Shown in pieces: positions 60,087 to 64,000 of a stretch of 64,000 nt of DNA; within the stretch, counting starts at the first letter, position 1; each line of letters begins with the position of its first letter. This DNA is from a bacterium (GTDB taxonomy: Bacteria; UBA8248): positions 608,001 through 672,000 of the forward strand of contig OZ244799.1 of NCBI GenBank assembly GCA_965219955.1, read 5' to 3'. A program made the translations under genes and the position numbers. The notes beneath the pieces are model-generated. The model searched no databases. It was not told the DNA's origin and saw only the letters and a list, made by a program, of their open reading frames with translations.

Positions 60087-61229
60087 ATGCAGGATGGTGC
60101 TTTCTTGAATGACGAGCAGAAAATGGTGCGCCAGATGACGCGCGATTTCTGCGAACGCGAGATCGCCCCCCGGGCGGCGGAGATAGATGAGGGCCGCTTC
60201 CCGGCGGAGGTCGTCAAGAGCATGGGCGAGCTTGGCCTCATGGGTCTCACCGTGCCGGATTCCTACGGCGGAGGGGGTGCGGACCCGGTCTCGATGGCGC
60301 TGGCGACCGAAGAAGTCGCCGCCGCGTGTCCTTCGACGAGCGCGATTTTCGCCGCGCACAACTCCCTGGTCTGCGAACCCGTGCATCGCTTCGGCAGCGA
60401 GGGGCAAAAAGAAAAATACTTGAAGGGCCTGGCGAGCGGCTCGTGCATCGGCGCCTTCGCGCTGACGGAGCCGGGCGCGGGCTCGGACGCCGCCTCGCTC
60501 ACCACGAGCGCGGTGCGCGAGGGGGACGCCTACCGCATCAACGGCGTCAAGCGCTTCATCACCAGCGGCAAGCAGTCGGGCCTGTGCCTTCTCTTCGCCG
60601 TGACGAATCGCGCCATGCGCCACAAGGGGCTGAGCGCCTTCCTGGTGCCGCGCGACGCCGAGGGCTTCGAGGTCGTGCGCAGCGAGGACAAGATGGGGAT
60701 GCACGGCTGTTCGATATCGGAGCTTCGCTTCGACGCCGTGGAACTGCCCGAGGCGAACCGCATGGGGGAGGAGGGGCAAGGCTTCGAACTCGCGATGCGG
60801 ATCCTGGATTCGGGGCGCATCATCGTCGCGGCCCAGGGGCTCGGCTTCGCGCGGGCGTGCCTCGACGCCTCGGTGGCCTATGCGCGCGAGCGCGAGACGT
60901 TCGGCGTCCCGATAAAGGATCACCAGCCCGTGGCGTGGAAGCTCGCCGACATGGCCGTTCGCGTCCACGGCGCGCGGCTGTTGACTCTCAAGGCGGCGCG
61001 GCTCAAGGCGGCGGGCGCGCCCTATTCGGCCGAATCCGCAATCGCCAAGGTCTTCGCCACCGACGCCGCCCAGCGAAACGCCGAAGAGGGCGTCCAGCTA
61101 CACGGGGGCAACGGCTACATGCGCGAGTATCCCGTGGAGCGCTTCTACCGGGCTTCGAAGGTGACGCAGATCTACGAGGGGACGAACGAGATCCTCCGCC
61201 AGGTCATCGCCAAGCACCTGCTCAACTGA
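60087..61229 (+). CDS. Acyl-CoA dehydrogenase
   Basis: FALTEPGAGSD, KRFIT, QLHGGNGY and IYEGTNEI motifs. Confidence 0.95.
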   Translation: MQDGAFLNDEQKMVRQMTRDFCEREIAPRAAEIDEGRFPAEVVKSMGELGLMGLTVPDSYGGGGADPVSMALATEEVAAACPSTSAIFAAHNSLVCEPVHRFGSEGQKEKYLKGLASGSCIGAFALTEPGAGSDAASLTTSAVREGDAYRINGVKRFITSGKQSGLCLLFAVTNRAMRHKGLSAFLVPRDAEGFEVVRSEDKMGMHGCSISELRFDAVELPEANRMGEEGQGFELAMRILDSGRIIVAAQGLGFARACLDASVAYARERETFGVPIKDHQPVAWKLADMAVRVHGARLLTLKAARLKAAGAPYSAESAIAKVFATDAAQRNAEEGVQLHGGNGYMREYPVERFYRASKVTQIYEGTNEILRQVIAKHLLN

Positions 61230-61309
61230 TACGAGAGCCGCCCTTGCTTGGGGTTATTCATAAAGCCTTATGAACGAAGGCTTGACGCGCCCGATGAATG
61301 AGCAAGAAT

Positions 61310-61625
61310 TACTCCTCCCTTGAGGGGGCTGTTGAAAAAGCCGAGCGTTTTGTGCGAAGGCTGACTCGGTGGGGGTAAAATGCGTTTTATCGCCATTCCG
61401 GATTATACCCCCCACCGAATCGCTTTCGGGCTTGCGCCCTCAGCTCTTCGACTCCCCCTCAAGGGGGGAGTGATTTTTCTCTCTCGTCGGTCGGTTACAT
61501 ACGACAAATCCAGAGTTCCAGGGTTTTTCAACAGCCCCCTCCAGGGGGGAGTGATTGGTTGGCGCTCTGCAAGGGAGGAGTAAGGTTTCATCCCTCTATG
61601 GTCGGCTCCATATGTGGAATCACGA
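61310..61625. repeat. Composite MITE mosaic
   Basis: Shares blocks with 25065-25298 and 11563-11641. Confidence 0.85.
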
Positions 61626-61802
61626 GATCGGGGCTCTATGAACAGCTCCTGCGTATGCTGAGCGCAATCCATGGAAATAGTCGCTTTGTCGCTCACGTAT
61701 TAACAACAAAGTTATTTGCCGCTCACTTTTGGGCGAAAGTGATTGACAAAATCCTTTGCCGTGCATTTATTGACAACAAACGCATCTCCGCCCCCGATTG
61801 AG

Positions 61803-62492
61803 ATGAATGAGCCGATGTCGTTCTCACCCGTTCGCTCGAATGATTCCCGGAAAAAGCGGGCGCCTCGCGCGCGCTTGCGCCGCCATGCCGCCCTGGCCAT
61901 CGCCCTCGCTTTCCTCGTGAGCGGCTGCGTGACGCCCACGCCCAGGCGGCAGGGGAACATCTGCGAGGTGTTCGAGCAGCAGCCCGACTGGTACGACTAC
62001 GCCCGCGCCTCAGAGAAGCGCTGGGGCACGCCGGTGCACGTGCAGATGGCTTTCGTGTGGAAGGAGTCGAGCTTCCAGAGCCACGCGAGGCCGCCCATGC
62101 GGTGGTTCCTGTTCATCCCGCTCGGCCGCCCCTCCACGGCGCTCGGCTATGCGCAGCCCCTGAGCCCGACCTGGGGAGACTACAAGGCGGAGCGCGGCAG
62201 CATATTGAGCAGCCGCACGCGGATGAAGGATGCGCTCGATTTCATCGGCTGGTACAACGCCAAGACCCGGCGCGAACTGGGCATCTCCCTGCACGACGCG
62301 CACAGGCTCTACCTCGCCTATCACGAGGGAAGGGGCGGGTACCGGCGCGGAACGTGGAAGAAAAAGCCGAAACTGCGCCGCGCCGCGCGGCGCGTGGCCG
62401 AGACCGCCCGGCGCTACAAGGCCCAGCTCGCGCGATGCGATGCGAGGTTCCGGTGCGATTCCTGGTATCAGATCTGGCCCTTTTGCCGCTGA
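61803..62492 (+). CDS. Lipoprotein with transglycosylase SLT-like domain
   Basis: Lipobox LVSGC; ESSF, GYAQ and YLAYHEG motifs. Start is uncertain. Confidence 0.85.
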   Translation: MNEPMSFSPVRSNDSRKKRAPRARLRRHAALAIALAFLVSGCVTPTPRRQGNICEVFEQQPDWYDYARASEKRWGTPVHVQMAFVWKESSFQSHARPPMRWFLFIPLGRPSTALGYAQPLSPTWGDYKAERGSILSSRTRMKDALDFIGWYNAKTRRELGISLHDAHRLYLAYHEGRGGYRRGTWKKKPKLRRAARRVAETARRYKAQLARCDARFRCDSWYQIWPFCR

Positions 62493-62505
62493 TGAGGTGT
62501 TCTGA

Positions 62506-63186
62506 ATGTTTTCTTACCGTTTTCGTAGATTCCCCATGGTTGTCTTCGGTTTTTTGATCGCGCTTTTCGTCCTCGCGCCCGGCGTCGCCCAAGCGCAGGA
62601 GAAGGTGCTCGGCCGCTTCTCGGCGGGCGACCTCACGGGCTGGGAGCCCAAGAGCTTCGAGGGCGAGACCCGCTACCGCCTGACCAGGGACGGCGATGGC
62701 CAAACCGTGCTCGAAGCGGTGAGCAAGGCCGCTGCGTCCGGCCTCGTGTACGAGCGGAAGATCGACCTCACGAAAACGCCGGTGCTCATCTGGCGCTGGC
62801 GGGTCGAGCGCCCCGTCAACCCGCCGGATGAACTCTCGAAGGGAGGAGACGACTTCGCCGTCCGCGTCTATTTCCTGGCGCCCGGCGCCGGCTGGCTCTC
62901 TTTTCCCGATTCGGTGGTCTACGTCTGGGCCAGCAAACAGCCCGTAGGCTCCGCCTGGCCGAACCCCTACACCAAAAAGGCCCACATGGTCGCCGTCGAC
63001 TCGGGCGCGCGCCACGCCGGGCAGTGGCGCACCCATCGCCGGAACATGCGCGAGGATTTCAAGCGCTATTTCGGCCGCGACATCACCGGGATCACCCACA
63101 TCGCCATCATGACCGACACCGACAACAGCAAGCTCTCGGCCCGCGGCTGGTACGGCGACATCCGCGTCGCTCCCGCAAAGCCGTAA
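62506..63186 (+). CDS. DUF3047 domain protein
   Basis: W.WRV, GDDFAVRVY, YVW and IMTDTDN motifs. Confidence 0.88.
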   Translation: MFSYRFRRFPMVVFGFLIALFVLAPGVAQAQEKVLGRFSAGDLTGWEPKSFEGETRYRLTRDGDGQTVLEAVSKAAASGLVYERKIDLTKTPVLIWRWRVERPVNPPDELSKGGDDFAVRVYFLAPGAGWLSFPDSVVYVWASKQPVGSAWPNPYTKKAHMVAVDSGARHAGQWRTHRRNMREDFKRYFGRDITGITHIAIMTDTDNSKLSARGWYGDIRVAPAKP

Positions 63187-63231
63187 GGCGCTTCTCGCCG
63201 GGAAAACTTCCCCGTTTCCGGCGGCGCATGA

Positions 63232-63430
63232 GGGGCTGTTGAAAAAGTCCCCCAAGAGGGTTGTTCCTCCTCCCTCAATCGGGAGTGTTCACCGTCATTC
63301 CGGCGAAAGCCGGAATCCATTTTACGCCTTTTGCCTTTCGTCGGGGTTCCTGCGCATCGTCGGGGGACGAAACGCCGCCGTTCTTCCACCCGCACCCGCA
63401 AATGGATTCCGGCTTTCACCGGAATGACGA
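63232..63430. repeat. MITE-like end plus inverted GTCATTCCGG...GGAATGAC palindrome pair
   Basis: Same modules as 23148-23685. Confidence 0.8.
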
Positions 63431-63568
63431 CAGTGATCCATTTCGGGCGAGGAGCGTTTTTCTCCGAACCCGTCGCGACGCGCCCGGGGCCGTACGACTT
63501 CTGCGGTGATTGTTGTTTTTGGGACGTTCGGCGCCGGCGTGTGTCTTCGGTCGGCGCGGAGCCGCTCG

Positions 63569-64000
63569 CTACTCGCCGGGTTGTTCCTTGTGCTTTTCGA
63601 TGGCCGCCATCGCCTGTTCGCGGTCTTCGGAGTCTTCCACGCGGCCCGCCGTATCCATGGCGGCGTCGATTTGCCCGGCCTCCGCCTGCGCCACGGCGAT
63701 ATCCCGGTAAGCCCAGGAGCGATACAGCGCCTTGCCGATGCCGCTTGCGGAGTTGAGAGCGGCGGGGAAATCTCCCGCCTTCGCCTGGCCCGTGGCGATT
63801 TCCTGCAAGGCCCAGGAGCGCCAGGCGGGGTCGCCGATTTCGCGGGCGTCCTGAACGGCGGCGGTGAAATCCCCCACTCCGGCCATGTCCATGACGCTTA
63901 CCCACGCTTTTTCGGAAAGGCTTTTTTCGTCGCGGATCTCCTCGATCGCCTCCATGGCGGCGTTCATCGCATGGGAGGCGATTGCAGCGGCGGGACCGCT
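63569..64000 (-). CDS. TPR-like helical repeat protein (partial; runs off the window)
   Basis: Repeats of RSWA..EIA..QA.AG.F.AA; frame open to the window edge. Confidence 0.75.
   Translation of the reverse strand, partial: SGPAAAIASHAMNAAMEAIEEIRDEKSLSEKAWVSVMDMAGVGDFTAAVQDAREIGDPAWRSWALQEIATGQAKAGDFPAALNSASGIGKALYRSWAYRDIAVAQAEAGQIDAAMDTAGRVEDSEDREQAMAAIEKHKEQPGE

Overview
GC-rich bacterial chromosome segment. The taxon cannot be fixed from the sequence alone. From left to right: (1) end of the dcw cluster (murB 3' end, ftsQAZ, pgeF, yggS, proC, yggT, divIVA, yggU), mtnA and tRNA-Asp(GTC). (2) A NitT/TauT ABC transporter with two tandem binding-protein paralogs, then CoA-transferase, cupin and FGE genes. 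(3) Three tandem ~490-bp cassettes, each a promoter plus a small membrane/coiled-coil gene. (4) A MauG-like peroxidase with two cytochromes c and a YVTN propeller. (5) TPP-dehydrogenase E1 alpha/beta. (6) An AT-rich defence-like islet at 26.5-29.9 kb. (7) An NreB-like MFS, MipA, hydrolases and an RND pump. (8) Zn-ADH, queF, a Mo-hydroxylase large subunit and an AhpD/CMD selenoprotein (CxxU, in-frame TGA plus SECIS-like hairpin). (9) tRNA-Ala(CGC) and class II RNR nrdJ with NrdR/DnaA boxes. (10) A toxin-antitoxin/defence hotspot at 51-56.4 kb. (11) lpdA and metabolic genes. Several intergenic spaces hold modular REP/MITE mosaics. The best novelty candidates are: a defence-like islet whose NDT/TIR-like protein ends in an SSB-tail mimic (DDDIPF) and whose neighbour ends in a clamp-motif-like QGTLF; three tandem covarying two-hairpin RNA units behind nrdJ; an amplified and apparently mobile small membrane-protein family; the CMD selenoprotein; and an unannotated acidic 55-aa ORF with its own promoter and terminator. 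All family assignments come from motif recognition, not database searches.
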